Part shown: positions 1-9,371 of the stretch, one piece after another
Numbering within the stretch: position 1 is the first letter of the stretch
Layout of the letters: each line of letters begins with the position of its first letter
Virus record (IMG/VR): IMGVR_UViG_3300020577_005688
Location: 77,351-141,350 of that record
Length of the DNA: 64,000 bases
Source: a virus
Taxonomy: Duplodnaviria > Caudoviricetes
Reading direction: 5' to 3' (one strand)
Made by a program: the position numbers and the translations under genes
The notes under the pieces: generated by a model
Told to the model about the DNA's origin: nothing
Seen by the model: the letters and a program-made list of their open reading frames with translations, nothing else
The model's database searches: none

Positions 1-1
1 C

Positions 2-1846
2 AAAGACACCGTCGTTGTTTGGTCTCTCTCAGACGGCAAGGAGCGCATCTGTCTCCCAGCACGGTACCTTCAGATGTACAGGTATCGTCTTCTTGAGAAT
101 CCAAGTGTGACGTTCGACTTGTCGAACTGCAAGTTCGACGCTCACATGTTCGCCAACTCAGGTGTTGAAATCTACAAGTGCAAAGCATGGCGAGATACGA
201 ACGTCATGTCTTGGCTCTTGAATGAGAACAACATCGGCAGACATGGATTGAAAGAGTGTATCGAAGACCACTTCGGTCGGAAGACACCAACGTTCACAGA
301 GGTATTCGGGAAGACGAAGAAGGCAACGAAGAAGGACCCAGTCGAGTTGAAGACTGGAGACTTGATTCGAAATGCCTTCAATGATCCTGTTCGGCGTGAA
401 GTTGCGTGCGACTACGCAAGCCTTGACGCGTACAATTCGACCACCCTTCGAGCGCACTTCGATGTGCTCCTTCAGAAGGCTGGGCTGTACAACCTCTACT
501 ACGACGTTGAAGTCCCGTTCCACAAAGTTCTGTGGCTGATGGAGCGTCGAGGGGTTACGGCAGACTACGGATTCTTGAAGCAGCTCCAAGGTCCGATGGA
601 AGAAGAGATGTTGAAGATTGAGCAAGCCTTTAGCAAAGAGGCTGGGCGTGTCATCAATCTCAACTCCGTGAATGACGTCCGTTGGTTCTTCATCGACCAC
701 CTGCAGAAGAACGTCGTCAAAATGACGAAGGGTGGGAAGACTGGAATCAAGAAAGCGTCTACGGATGAAGAAGTCCTGAAGCACTGGGCCGAAGAGGAAG
801 GAGATGAGTGGGCTCAGGTTCTAATGACCCATCGTGGGATTTCGAAAATCCACGGAACGTACGTCACGGGTCTGCAGGAATGGATTGACGGACACTTTCG
901 AATCCACACGACCCTCAATCAGCACGGAACGGTGTCTGGTCGTCTTTCCTCGAAGGACCCGAACCTCCAGAATATTCCTCGAACGAGTGAAGACGCATTC
1001 ACGATTCGAGAGGCATTCATTGCAGGATTCAAGAAGCGGCTTGTCGTAGCTGACTACGCCCAACTTGAAATGAGGTTGATGGCTCACTTCTCTCGTGACG
1101 AGAAGATGATCAAAGCCATCTGGGACGGTATTGACCTTCACTGTCTTACGGTCTCAGAGATGCATGGGATTCCGTACGAAGAGGTCATCGCTGCAGTCAA
1201 AGCAGAGAAGAAGCACAAGAGAGGCGTTCTTGGAAGAGACCTCACTCCGCGAGAGATTGAGCTCCTCTTCATGCGTCAATCTGCGAAGGCAACAGGCTTC
1301 GGCATCATCTACGGAATCGCAGGGAAGCGTCTCTCTGTCAGTCTGACACAGGCGGCAAAAGCAGCGCACATCGATAAGATTGTCACTGAAGAAGAGGGCT
1401 ACGCACTCATCGATAAGTGGTTCGGCGTTTTCCCTCGGGTCAAGGAGTACATCGACGAGACTCACGACTACATGCTCAAGCATGGATTCGTTCAGACCAT
1501 CACTGGTCGGTACCGTCGATTTGGTGACGTGAAGGGCATGTCGTTCAAGGACAGGAACCGTGCGGAACGCCAAGGAGTGAACTCAATCATTCAGGGAAGT
1601 GCGGCTGACATCGCAAAGGTTGTCATGATTCATGCCGAGAATGATGAAGTACTTCGTAACCTGAACGCAGACCTTCTCCTGCAGGTTCACGACGAACTCA
1701 TCTGGGAATGCCCAGACGATGAAGCAACTCTGGAAGCAGTGAAGACACGTGTGAAGGAGTTGATGGAATCCCCTTTCCAGGAAGCACTCCTCGTGCCGCT
1801 TCCTGCTGAAGTTGGACATGGGTACTCATGGGCAACCGCAAAGTAA
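2..1846 (+). CDS. polA: DNA polymerase family A (Pol I-like), 5'-truncated by window edge
   Basis: Frame open from base 2. Motifs GRLSSKDPNLQNIP, motif A VADYAQLEMR, motif B AKATGFGIIYG, motif C LQVHDEL; 3'-5' exonuclease remnant YASLDA. Confidence 0.96.
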   Translation, partial: KDTVVVWSLSDGKERICLPARYLQMYRYRLLENPSVTFDLSNCKFDAHMFANSGVEIYKCKAWRDTNVMSWLLNENNIGRHGLKECIEDHFGRKTPTFTEVFGKTKKATKKDPVELKTGDLIRNAFNDPVRREVACDYASLDAYNSTTLRAHFDVLLQKAGLYNLYYDVEVPFHKVLWLMERRGVTADYGFLKQLQGPMEEEMLKIEQAFSKEAGRVINLNSVNDVRWFFIDHLQKNVVKMTKGGKTGIKKASTDEEVLKHWAEEEGDEWAQVLMTHRGISKIHGTYVTGLQEWIDGHFRIHTTLNQHGTVSGRLSSKDPNLQNIPRTSEDAFTIREAFIAGFKKRLVVADYAQLEMRLMAHFSRDEKMIKAIWDGIDLHCLTVSEMHGIPYEEVIAAVKAEKKHKRGVLGRDLTPREIELLFMRQSAKATGFGIIYGIAGKRLSVSLTQAAKAAHIDKIVTEEEGYALIDKWFGVFPRVKEYIDETHDYMLKHGFVQTITGRYRRFGDVKGMSFKDRNRAERQGVNSIIQGSAADIAKVVMIHAENDEVLRNLNADLLLQVHDELIWECPDDEATLEAVKTRVKELMESPFQEALLVPLPAEVGHGYSWATAK

Positions 1847-1851
1847 AAGAG

Positions 1852-2157
1852 ATGAGCGTCTACCAAGCTGAAGAAAACTGGCCGGTTGTTACGTACTTCA
1901 AAGAAGAGATGCTTCGAAAGCTCATCAAGAACAACCACAAGGGAGGATGGGAAGATGACAGCATGCATGCGCTCATCTCCCGTCTCAAGGACGAGCTTGG
2001 AGAGCTTGAGAGCGCTCTTGAGGCTTTCGAGAACCTTCCCATCAATCTGAAAGAGCAAGAGAGCATCAAGACGGTCTTCAAAGATGCAATCAGAGCGGAG
2101 GCGGCTGACGTCGGCAATTTCGCCATGATGATTTTCGACAATACGAAGAATCTCTAG
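1852..2157 (+). CDS. MazG-like/all-alpha NTP pyrophosphatase-like protein
   Basis: RLKDELGEL...EAADVGNFAMMI acidic helical pattern; ATG at 1852 after the polA stop. Confidence 0.5.
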   Translation: MSVYQAEENWPVVTYFKEEMLRKLIKNNHKGGWEDDSMHALISRLKDELGELESALEAFENLPINLKEQESIKTVFKDAIRAEAADVGNFAMMIFDNTKNL

Positions 2158-2381
2158 TGCGTTTCCTCAGTGACAACCAACGCCATCTGGTGTGCTATCC
2201 ATACTCTGTGGAGGGCCTCCACCAGATGGCGAAAGAACTGAATATTGGTCGATGGTGGTTCCATGCGGGACGACTTGCGCACTACGACATTCCAAAGAAA
2301 CGAATCGCTGAGATTGCCTCAAAAACGGAAGTCGTCAGTCCAAGGACAATCTTGAAGGTCATCAAAGGAGAGGCTCCGTGA
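2157..2381 (+). CDS. DUF4031-like small phage protein
   Basis: LHQMAKELNIGRWWFH...HYDI pattern; abuts neighbouring genes. Confidence 0.5.
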   Translation: MRFLSDNQRHLVCYPYSVEGLHQMAKELNIGRWWFHAGRLAHYDIPKKRIAEIASKTEVVSPRTILKVIKGEAP

Positions 2382-2686
2382 CCAGAGTCGAGCTTATTGA
2401 GAGGGTCTCAATCTCACTGAAGCTCAACGCCGATGTGGTTGGGCGAACTGTCACCGAGCTTCTCAATGAAATGACCGAAGCATTCAAGCGAGGAGAAGAG
2501 GTAAAGTTCGCAGGATACGGAACGTTCAGGGTCAAGACTCTCAAGCCTCGATCCTACAAGTTCAAGAAGGAAGCACCGGAGAGAACGATTGTTCGACTGT
2601 ATGTGGGAAGGAAGTCCAAATGGAAAAGTACGCAGTTGTCCAAGAAGAGCAACAAAAGCCCGGAGAGAAAGTCGCCTCCCGAGTGA
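2378..2686 (+). CDS. HU/IHF-family DNA-binding protein
   Basis: MTRVELIE...EAFKRGEEVKFAGYGTFRVK matches the HU signature; SD GGAGG upstream. Confidence 0.85.
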   Translation: MTRVELIERVSISLKLNADVVGRTVTELLNEMTEAFKRGEEVKFAGYGTFRVKTLKPRSYKFKKEAPERTIVRLYVGRKSKWKSTQLSKKSNKSPERKSPPE

Positions 2687-2787
2687 CCCACTGCCCACGT
2701 TGTAAGGAGGAGCTTGTAGAGAACAACCAGTTCCTTCTGTGGTGTCCGAACTGCGGAACCGAGCCCTTCGAAAAGAAGAACAAGTAA
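2620..2787 (+). CDS. 55-aa zinc-ribbon protein (below ORF-track cutoff)
   Basis: Manual translation MEKYAVVQEE...HCPRCKEEL...WCPNCGTEPFEKKNK* has two CxxC; fills the gap before recA. Confidence 0.6.
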   Translation: MEKYAVVQEEQQKPGEKVASRVTHCPRCKEELVENNQFLLWCPNCGTEPFEKKNK

Positions 2788-2806
2788 CCACAACTCGTGA
2801 GGCAAA

Positions 2807-4099
2807 ATGGCAGCTAAGAAAAGCTCTGAGGATAAGTCTGTCAAAAAGCAGAAGGAATCACTGCCACGTGATGAACGAGCAGCCCTTCTGATGGAGATGG
2901 TCAACAAGAAGATGAGAGGACGAGCAGTCCTCATGTCAGCGTCAGACTACGTTCTGCCGTGGCAGAGGAAGAGAATTCCAACGGGGATTCTGACCCTTGA
3001 CCTCGAACTGCGTGGAGGCTTCCCGTGTGGAGGCCTGAGTCAGATTGTCGGACGCAGGAACGCTGGAAAGAGCATGATGGCCTGGCACTGCATCCGCCAG
3101 CTTCAGCACTTCATTGGCGACAAGATGATGGTGCTGTTGGCAATGACGGAAGGAACCGCCGACAGAACTCAGGCTCGGAGACTCGGAGTTCGAATCGACC
3201 TCTCAAAGGAAGAGATCGACCATCTCCAACAGAACAGGAAGATTGCGGGCCTTCCTCCGCTCAAGAAAGAAGAGCTCAACACGTTGTTCCCACCACAAGT
3301 GGGAACGATTCACGAGCTCCATGCACTGGCTGTTGAGGACTTCTACGACGTCATCCTCGAAGCGCTCGCCTCCAATACGTACCACCTCATCGTCATCGAC
3401 AGCATCGGCAATGCTCTGTCGAATGCTGAGACAGAGAACGAATCTGTCCACGACAAGACGTACGGAGGAACCTCTGCCCCCAACACTACCTTCTTGAAGA
3501 AGATGACGAATCTTCTGACCATGAAGACTGAATGGGGAGAGGTACGGGATACTGCTCTGATTGGAATCAATCAGGTTCGAGACAACATCAAAGACCCAAA
3601 TGCTCCATACAAGTCTCCTGGAGGGAACGCGTTGGAGCACGCGAAGCTGGTAGACCTCTACGTAGAGAGTGGGAAGGCGCTTGGAGACGAAGTTCCTGTT
3701 TACACGCCTGAAGGTTGGAAGCAGCGCTTTGTCATGACCGGCAAAGAGGTCAACTGGAAGATTGTCAAAGGCAAAGCGGGCATGCACGAAGGGGGACGAG
3801 GTTCTTTCGTCTTCGACCGCTCAACTGACAACGTTGACTTCTACCTCGACTACCTCATGGCAGGAATCACTCATGGTGTGATTGAGACTGCTGGTGCTTG
3901 GCTCGGTGTCCGAGACCCGGAGAATCCAGCAGAGTACATCGGTCGTGCGAACGGACGAGACGCCTTCATCGAACTCATGAAGAAGGATGCCATCGAGAAA
4001 GCACAGGCAGGAGACTCCGCGAGCATCCTCAACCACATCCGAGACCAGTGCTTCAAGAAGCTTGGAATCGATATCAGGTACGAGGACTTGATTTCATGA
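2807..4099 (+). CDS. recA: RecA-like recombinase
   Basis: IPTGILTLDLEL, Walker A GRRNAGKS, Walker B LIVIDSI, INQVRD, SPGGNALEH. Confidence 0.92.
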   Translation: MAAKKSSEDKSVKKQKESLPRDERAALLMEMVNKKMRGRAVLMSASDYVLPWQRKRIPTGILTLDLELRGGFPCGGLSQIVGRRNAGKSMMAWHCIRQLQHFIGDKMMVLLAMTEGTADRTQARRLGVRIDLSKEEIDHLQQNRKIAGLPPLKKEELNTLFPPQVGTIHELHALAVEDFYDVILEALASNTYHLIVIDSIGNALSNAETENESVHDKTYGGTSAPNTTFLKKMTNLLTMKTEWGEVRDTALIGINQVRDNIKDPNAPYKSPGGNALEHAKLVDLYVESGKALGDEVPVYTPEGWKQRFVMTGKEVNWKIVKGKAGMHEGGRGSFVFDRSTDNVDFYLDYLMAGITHGVIETAGAWLGVRDPENPAEYIGRANGRDAFIELMKKDAIEKAQAGDSASILNHIRDQCFKKLGIDIRYEDLIS

Positions 4100-4494
4100 G
4101 ATCGACAAACTTCAAGTCTGCCATCGTCATCACTCCACCTCCAAAAGGGAGTACCATGACGGCTCTGGCGCACAGTGAGTGGTTGCTCCGTCCATTCATG
4201 CTTGGAGCGGGGCTCGCAAAAATCAGTCAGAAGAAAATCAAGATGCTCCTTCAGCACGACTTGAAGCGAGACGTTTTCGCTATCTCCGTCTCCTTCGGGA
4301 AAGAAGAGACAGTCGTCTATCACAAGAATCCCAAGAAGGTCTTTGCTGCTGCGAGTTCTTGGATTGCCCAACAAACAGCGGCAGAGATTGGAGCGGTGAG
4401 AGATGAACCGAAACAAACGAAAGAGCGTCCTTCAGGAGAGACGGGCAGCAGAGGACATCGGAGGAAGAATTCAACCAGGGTCAGGAGCACCTGA
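4096..4494 (+). CDS. hypothetical protein
   Basis: ATGA overlap with the recA stop; overlaps the next gene by about 90 nt. Confidence 0.4.
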   Translation: MRSTNFKSAIVITPPPKGSTMTALAHSEWLLRPFMLGAGLAKISQKKIKMLLQHDLKRDVFAISVSFGKEETVVYHKNPKKVFAAASSWIAQQTAAEIGAVRDEPKQTKERPSGETGSRGHRRKNSTRVRST

Positions 4495-4732
4495 GTTCTA
4501 CAAGGGGGATGTTCGAAAAGCTGGAGAACTTCGAGTAGAGTGCAAGACGACTTCATCAAAGTCATACACTCTCAAGCTCTCTGACTTGGAGAAGATTAAG
4601 GCTGAATCCATCATGGGGAACGACGCGGGGTGGGCGTTCCAGATTGAGTTTCAAGGACCTGTTTCTGGAAGACGGTTCGCCGTCATCGATTGGCAGGAGT
4701 ACCTCGATTTGAAGAAAGGAAGTAGTCAGTGA
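4403..4732 (+). CDS. PD-(D/E)xK Holliday junction resolvase-like nuclease
   Basis: QERRAA...PGSGA...GDV...RVECKTT motif. Confidence 0.7.
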   Translation: MNRNKRKSVLQERRAAEDIGGRIQPGSGAPEFYKGDVRKAGELRVECKTTSSKSYTLKLSDLEKIKAESIMGNDAGWAFQIEFQGPVSGRRFAVIDWQEYLDLKKGSSQ

Positions 4733-5589
4733 CAAAGCCAATCGTCCAGGCGCATACGATCGATCAGTGGATGGAGATTGACCCGGAGATTCGAGGTCTC
4801 ATTCTCAAACAAATCAAACTGAAAGACCGTCTCTTCAAGTTCCTAAAGGATAGGAACGACTCGAAGGGACCAACTCAAAAACTGGGCGATTGGAACCCGT
4901 GTGCGAAGTGTGAGACGAAGGGTTGGGTTCCTGCAGAGCCAAGGCTTCCGGGAATCCACCCTTCTCAGCTCCCACATCCGTGCATGCTGAAGATCTACTT
5001 CGAACTCATCGGAGCTCCGTCATCCGGTTCGTTCGAAGCGAGACTCCAACTGATCTTCGACCTCGGTCACGCCGTTCACGACATGTTCCAGTCGTACGGA
5101 AAGTCCGGTGCATGGGGTCCTATCTATACCCCCGAAGCGACCATCTCTCAGACTCTTCAAGAGAAGAGTGAGCAATTGATGATCGAGGGTCATGCAGACG
5201 CAGAGAACGTGCTCACCGTCGACATTCCAGGTTCCTCTGTTCTGTATGAAGTCGGTGTCATCCACGAATACAAGACGATGAACAATCGCAACTTCGAGAA
5301 GCTGACTCAACCAAAGCCTGAGCACAAAGTACAGGCAATGGTCTACGCAGCATGCTTGAACCGACCCGTGGTTGCGTACTTGTACTTCAACAAGGACAAC
5401 CAGAACCTTGCTGACTTCCCAGTTCAGTTCAACACAGACCTGTGGATTCAGATCGAGGCAAAGGCGTTGATCATTTTGGACGCATTCAAGAAGAAGGAAC
5501 CGCCTCCTGGAAGCACTGGGTTCCACTGTCAGCAGTGTCAGTTCGTTCTGACCTGTCCTGCATACAAGCAATCTCTGAAGAAGGGGTGA
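4729..5589 (+). CDS. Cas4/RecB-like PD-(D/E)xK exonuclease
   Basis: HPSQL..C, G..VH, GHAD, EYKT, QxxxY and C-terminal CxxCxxxxxC. Confidence 0.75.
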   Translation: MTKPIVQAHTIDQWMEIDPEIRGLILKQIKLKDRLFKFLKDRNDSKGPTQKLGDWNPCAKCETKGWVPAEPRLPGIHPSQLPHPCMLKIYFELIGAPSSGSFEARLQLIFDLGHAVHDMFQSYGKSGAWGPIYTPEATISQTLQEKSEQLMIEGHADAENVLTVDIPGSSVLYEVGVIHEYKTMNNRNFEKLTQPKPEHKVQAMVYAACLNRPVVAYLYFNKDNQNLADFPVQFNTDLWIQIEAKALIILDAFKKKEPPPGSTGFHCQQCQFVLTCPAYKQSLKKG

Positions 5590-5592
5590 AGA

Positions 5593-6171
5593 ATGCCATC
5601 TCTCGGTATGGTGAGAATTGCAGAACCGATGGATATGGATACTGGACTCAAGCAACTGGACGTTGCTGAGGACGTTCAGAGAGCAGTTCTGGAGAAAGGG
5701 TATTTGATTCAGAACCGTCCGGGCTCTGGCTTCATCGGAATCTTGCCCGACTCCATTACAACCCTCGACGATGACGAACTCGGCGAACTGCTCAACAAAC
5801 TCAGCGGTTGGGGTGCATACGTTCAATCAGACCTTGTTGCGGCTGAGACCAAGATGCAGGTCGTGAAGGAGCAGTTGGAGTTCATCCAAAGTCAGATTCG
5901 AATTGCTGTGCGAGCTCAAGAAGGAAAGATGACCGCACAGGATAAGACGGACATGATGAACACGCACCCAAAGGTGGTTGAGGCAAAGGCAAGGTACATC
6001 TACTGCTACAGCTACTACGAGTACGTGAAGGCTATCCGAGACAAAGCCCAGAAGGACTGGGAGACCGTGTCACGTCGAATCACTCAACGTGGGCAGGGCA
6101 TCGACCGAGCCAGAAGAGCAGAGAGTGTCGCGAACGTAAGCCCTCAGTTCACAAAAGCGTTCCGGAGATAA
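5593..6171 (+). CDS. coiled-coil protein, possible recombination mediator
   Basis: Helical 192-aa ORF in the recombination operon; function inferred from context only. Confidence 0.45.
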   Translation: MPSLGMVRIAEPMDMDTGLKQLDVAEDVQRAVLEKGYLIQNRPGSGFIGILPDSITTLDDDELGELLNKLSGWGAYVQSDLVAAETKMQVVKEQLEFIQSQIRIAVRAQEGKMTAQDKTDMMNTHPKVVEAKARYIYCYSYYEYVKAIRDKAQKDWETVSRRITQRGQGIDRARRAESVANVSPQFTKAFRR

Positions 6172-6174
6172 CAG

Positions 6175-6813
6175 ATGATCGTCTGTATTGAGGGAATCGA
6201 TGGCTGCGGAAAGTCAACGCAAGCGGCCCTCTTGACCAAGTACCTTGGGGCGAAGTTCTTCAAGTTCCCAAACAAGGATTCACCAACTGGGAAACTCATC
6301 TACGAACACCTCGAACACAGGTGGAACGCAAAGTTCAGTGAAGAGGAAAAGAGAAGTGTCTTTGAGGAGCACAATCTCAATGCACTTATCTTCCAAGCAC
6401 TGCAAGTTGCCAATCGAATGGAGCTCGCAGTTGAGTTGAGCAAACTGAAGAGCAAGAACGTTGTCTTGGACCGGTACTGGCCGAGTGGGTATGCCTACGG
6501 TAAGGCAGATGGACTTGATGGACAGTACCTCATCGACCTTCACGAGTACCTCCCACAGCCTGACTTGTTTCTTCTGCTAGATGTTGACCTCAAGGATAGC
6601 TCTGAGAGGCGGCCGGAAAGGCGGGACCGTTACGAGAAGAATCCGGGTCTCTTGGAGAAGGTCGTAACCAACTATCGAATGCTGTGGCAGACGATGGCTC
6701 AGTCTCAGCCCTCGAAGTGGATGGTCATTGATGCTAGGAAGTCAAAAGAGGAAACGACTTCTGCAATCAACCAAGCCATCGCAGAGTGGCGAATGAGAAA
6801 CTCGGAGACGTAA
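6175..6813 (+). CDS. tmk: thymidylate (dTMP) kinase
   Basis: IEGIDGCGKSTQ P-loop, LDRY..SGYAY, PDLFLLLD. Confidence 0.93.
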   Translation: MIVCIEGIDGCGKSTQAALLTKYLGAKFFKFPNKDSPTGKLIYEHLEHRWNAKFSEEEKRSVFEEHNLNALIFQALQVANRMELAVELSKLKSKNVVLDRYWPSGYAYGKADGLDGQYLIDLHEYLPQPDLFLLLDVDLKDSSERRPERRDRYEKNPGLLEKVVTNYRMLWQTMAQSQPSKWMVIDARKSKEETTSAINQAIAEWRMRNSET

Positions 6814-6816
6814 ACC

Positions 6817-7083
6817 ATGACTCTTCAACCAGACTGGCTCAAGAGATACTACGGAGATTCCTTTGCCGAACTGAATCCTGATGTTGTTACTGAGGGGAAT
6901 CAGTGGGCTATTGTGAAACTCAATCGAGTTGCGGAACGCGGCTACCGAGGAATCGGCTATGTCCTGATTAAGAAGAACGGCTCACATGCTTCTTCGAATT
7001 ACCACATCCTCGGAGAAGGAGTTCAGACGTTCGAGGCAATGCTGAAGATGAAAGAGAAGTTGAACGAGATTGACTCCCAATAG
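6817..7083 (+). CDS. hypothetical protein
   Basis: 88-aa ORF tightly packed in the operon. Confidence 0.65.
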   Translation: MTLQPDWLKRYYGDSFAELNPDVVTEGNQWAIVKLNRVAERGYRGIGYVLIKKNGSHASSNYHILGEGVQTFEAMLKMKEKLNEIDSQ

Positions 7084-7091
7084 GAGAGAAC

Positions 7092-7955
7092 GTGGAAAAA
7101 GGTCATGTGATTGATGTGCTCGACCACGGGTACGTGAAGTACGTAGACTCGATGGGCTCAGATGAGAATGTCATCGAAGCAGCTCGAATGAGCACCGGAA
7201 GAGGCTTCGAAGGCTGGGAAAAAGATGCCGGGCTTCTCGATTTTCTCTGGAGAAAGAAACACTCAACTCCGTTCGAGATGGTGGAACTTGCCTTGGAAAT
7301 TCAGGCACCCATCATGGTCTTCCGAGAGTGGCAACGACACAGAACCCAAAGCTACAATGAGTTCTCTGCTCGTTACTCACAGATGCCGAACCTTCACTAC
7401 CTGCCAGACGCAAGTCGTCTGAAGAAGCAGAGCTCAACCAACAAGCAGGGTACTGGAGACGAAGAGTTCCCCCAAGAGTACATCGACATGACGTTGGAGG
7501 AACTTGAGTACGAGCAGAAGCAGACGTACAGCCACTACGAACAGATGTTGACTGAGGGTGTGGCGAAGGAGATTGCTCGACTCAATACTCCCGTCAGTCG
7601 GTACTCAAAGATGCGGGCCAAGGCCAACCTCAAAAACTGGCTTGGGTTTTTGAACTTGCGTCTTCGACCAAACGCTCAGTTCGAGATTCGAGTGTTTGCT
7701 GAACCTGTTGCTGACATCATCCGGAAGCTCTTCCCAAGGTCATACGACCTTTTCGAAGAGTACGACCTCTACGGCGTTTCCTTCTCAAGAACGGAGATGG
7801 CTGCAATCCGAGATGTCATCAAGACCATCCAGATGTCTCGTCGAGACATGATGGAACCATTCGTCACGAGTGCGAAGAAGCACAACATCGATGGACGGAA
7901 GTTGCAGGAGTTCATCGAGAAACTCGAAAAGGGTGGACTGGAGATTCTGTCGTGA
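7092..7955 (+). CDS. thyX: FAD-dependent thymidylate synthase
   Basis: AARMS, HSTPFE, RHRTQSYNEFSARY ThyX motif, AQFEIR. Confidence 0.95.
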   Translation: MEKGHVIDVLDHGYVKYVDSMGSDENVIEAARMSTGRGFEGWEKDAGLLDFLWRKKHSTPFEMVELALEIQAPIMVFREWQRHRTQSYNEFSARYSQMPNLHYLPDASRLKKQSSTNKQGTGDEEFPQEYIDMTLEELEYEQKQTYSHYEQMLTEGVAKEIARLNTPVSRYSKMRAKANLKNWLGFLNLRLRPNAQFEIRVFAEPVADIIRKLFPRSYDLFEEYDLYGVSFSRTEMAAIRDVIKTIQMSRRDMMEPFVTSAKKHNIDGRKLQEFIEKLEKGGLEILS

Positions 7956-8410
7956 GTGGGGAGAAGAAGTACAGGCAGTACATGAAGATGGTGTACCCAG
8001 TGCTTCCTCCGACCTCGAACAAAATCTACTACCGAGGAACCATCCTCACAGGCGTATCCAGGGAGTACGCAGAATCTTTCGCTGCCTGGGCTGCGAAGAA
8101 CCACCTGCATGAGATCAATGAGCTCAATCCAGATGGACTCTTCGCGCTCCATCTTCGCTTCTTCTTCAACACTCTCGTGAATGAGACCTACCAAAACGAG
8201 AACTTCCCTCCGTCAAAGAGAGCGAAGGAGAGGTATAAGAGGATAGACCTGACGAACAGGATTAAGCTTCTTGAGGACTGCGTTCGAGATGCAATCGATA
8301 TCGATGACTCTCGAACATTCGCAGCATCTCAAGAGAAGCATCAAGACCCAGATAAGGAAAGGGTCGAGATTGAGATTGAGGAGGTCAGCCCAAAGCTGTT
8401 CGGGGTCTAG
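7952..8410 (+). CDS. RusA-like Holliday junction resolvase
   Basis: PPTSNKIY and DLTNRIKLLEDC...IDDS motif. Confidence 0.7.
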   Translation: MSGEKKYRQYMKMVYPVLPPTSNKIYYRGTILTGVSREYAESFAAWAAKNHLHEINELNPDGLFALHLRFFFNTLVNETYQNENFPPSKRAKERYKRIDLTNRIKLLEDCVRDAIDIDDSRTFAASQEKHQDPDKERVEIEIEEVSPKLFGV

Positions 8411-8422
8411 TAAAGGACACCT

Positions 8423-8839
8423 TTGAGCGAAGACAAGAAGGTCATTCTTGGGGAAGTTTCAAAGTACTCGAACTGCCGACCCATCAAAGAAGACCCACAC
8501 ATCATTGAAGCCAAGCACAAGTCCATGTGCCTCATGAGACTCCGTGCTGAGTGCCACACTTGTCCGAACAGTAAGTTCACTCTTCTTTTCGACGTTCCAG
8601 AGAAGCGTTTGGAACAAGTGATGTGCCCTCGTTGGAAAGACGTAAGAGAGTTGTGGCAGGGAAAGAACCCAGAGTCCTACGTTGTAACGGAGCTTGCGAC
8701 CTGCAAAGAGAGACCATTCCCATTCTGCGGCTCGTGTCCATCCGTCGAAGAACTCAACGACCTTGGAATCGACAAGACGAAGGATGGGTGGTTATCGAGA
8801 TGGAAGCGCTTCAGAGATGAAGATGCATTGGAGGAATGA
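8423..8839 (+). CDS. Cys-rich hypothetical protein
   Basis: TTG start with SD AAGGA; several CxxC. Confidence 0.6.
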   Translation: MSEDKKVILGEVSKYSNCRPIKEDPHIIEAKHKSMCLMRLRAECHTCPNSKFTLLFDVPEKRLEQVMCPRWKDVRELWQGKNPESYVVTELATCKERPFPFCGSCPSVEELNDLGIDKTKDGWLSRWKRFRDEDALEE

Positions 8840-9159
8840 TGGACGACTCACTCTTGTGGGAGTGCAACGAGACTGAACTCCTGCATCTTGCTTATGAGCA
8901 GGGCCTCGGACGGTTGAAAGTGGGCCTCCCAAAGGAGACTCTCTTTCAAATCGTCCGTGGTGAAATCAACCCATCACCAGAGCACCTCTCGGAAACGAAG
9001 AACACGAGGGAGTTGCTTGAGAAGTTCATCGAGCGCCACTGGGAGAAGACCCGTAGCCAACTTCCTGGGTGCAATGGAAAATGTACTTCTTATCCTTGCT
9101 CTGATGGACGTCATGGGGCATGTTACGCGCCCAACAAACACCTCGTGAGTCTCGGATGA
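8836..9159 (+). CDS. hypothetical protein with C-terminal Cys cluster
   Basis: SD GGAGG; ATGA coupling. Confidence 0.65.
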   Translation: MMDDSLLWECNETELLHLAYEQGLGRLKVGLPKETLFQIVRGEINPSPEHLSETKNTRELLEKFIERHWEKTRSQLPGCNGKCTSYPCSDGRHGACYAPNKHLVSLG

Positions 9160-9371
9160 GGGGCTACTGTCTTAGCTGTACGCGAATCGCAGACTGTAAT
9201 GAAACAGATGTAGAGAAGGTGAAGTCAGACTACACGTGCCTCAGGTACGAGCCAGTCGAAGAAGCGGTGTTTCGTGCGAGAGAGTTCACCATCGCAAAGT
9301 ACGGAGACTCTCTCGCAATTCAGGCCATGCTGAATCGGCCATTACTCTCCAAAGGAGAAGATGATGAGTGA
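9156..9371 (+). CDS. small Cys-containing hypothetical protein
   Basis: ATGA overlap; YCLSC...C...C. Confidence 0.55.
   Translation: MRGYCLSCTRIADCNETDVEKVKSDYTCLRYEPVEEAVFRAREFTIAKYGDSLAIQAMLNRPLLSKGEDDE

Noticed and set aside
4729-5589. Cas4-like gene as evidence of a CRISPR-Cas system
   Set aside because: No repeat-spacer array or other cas genes were seen; solo Cas4-like nucleases are common in phage recombination modules.
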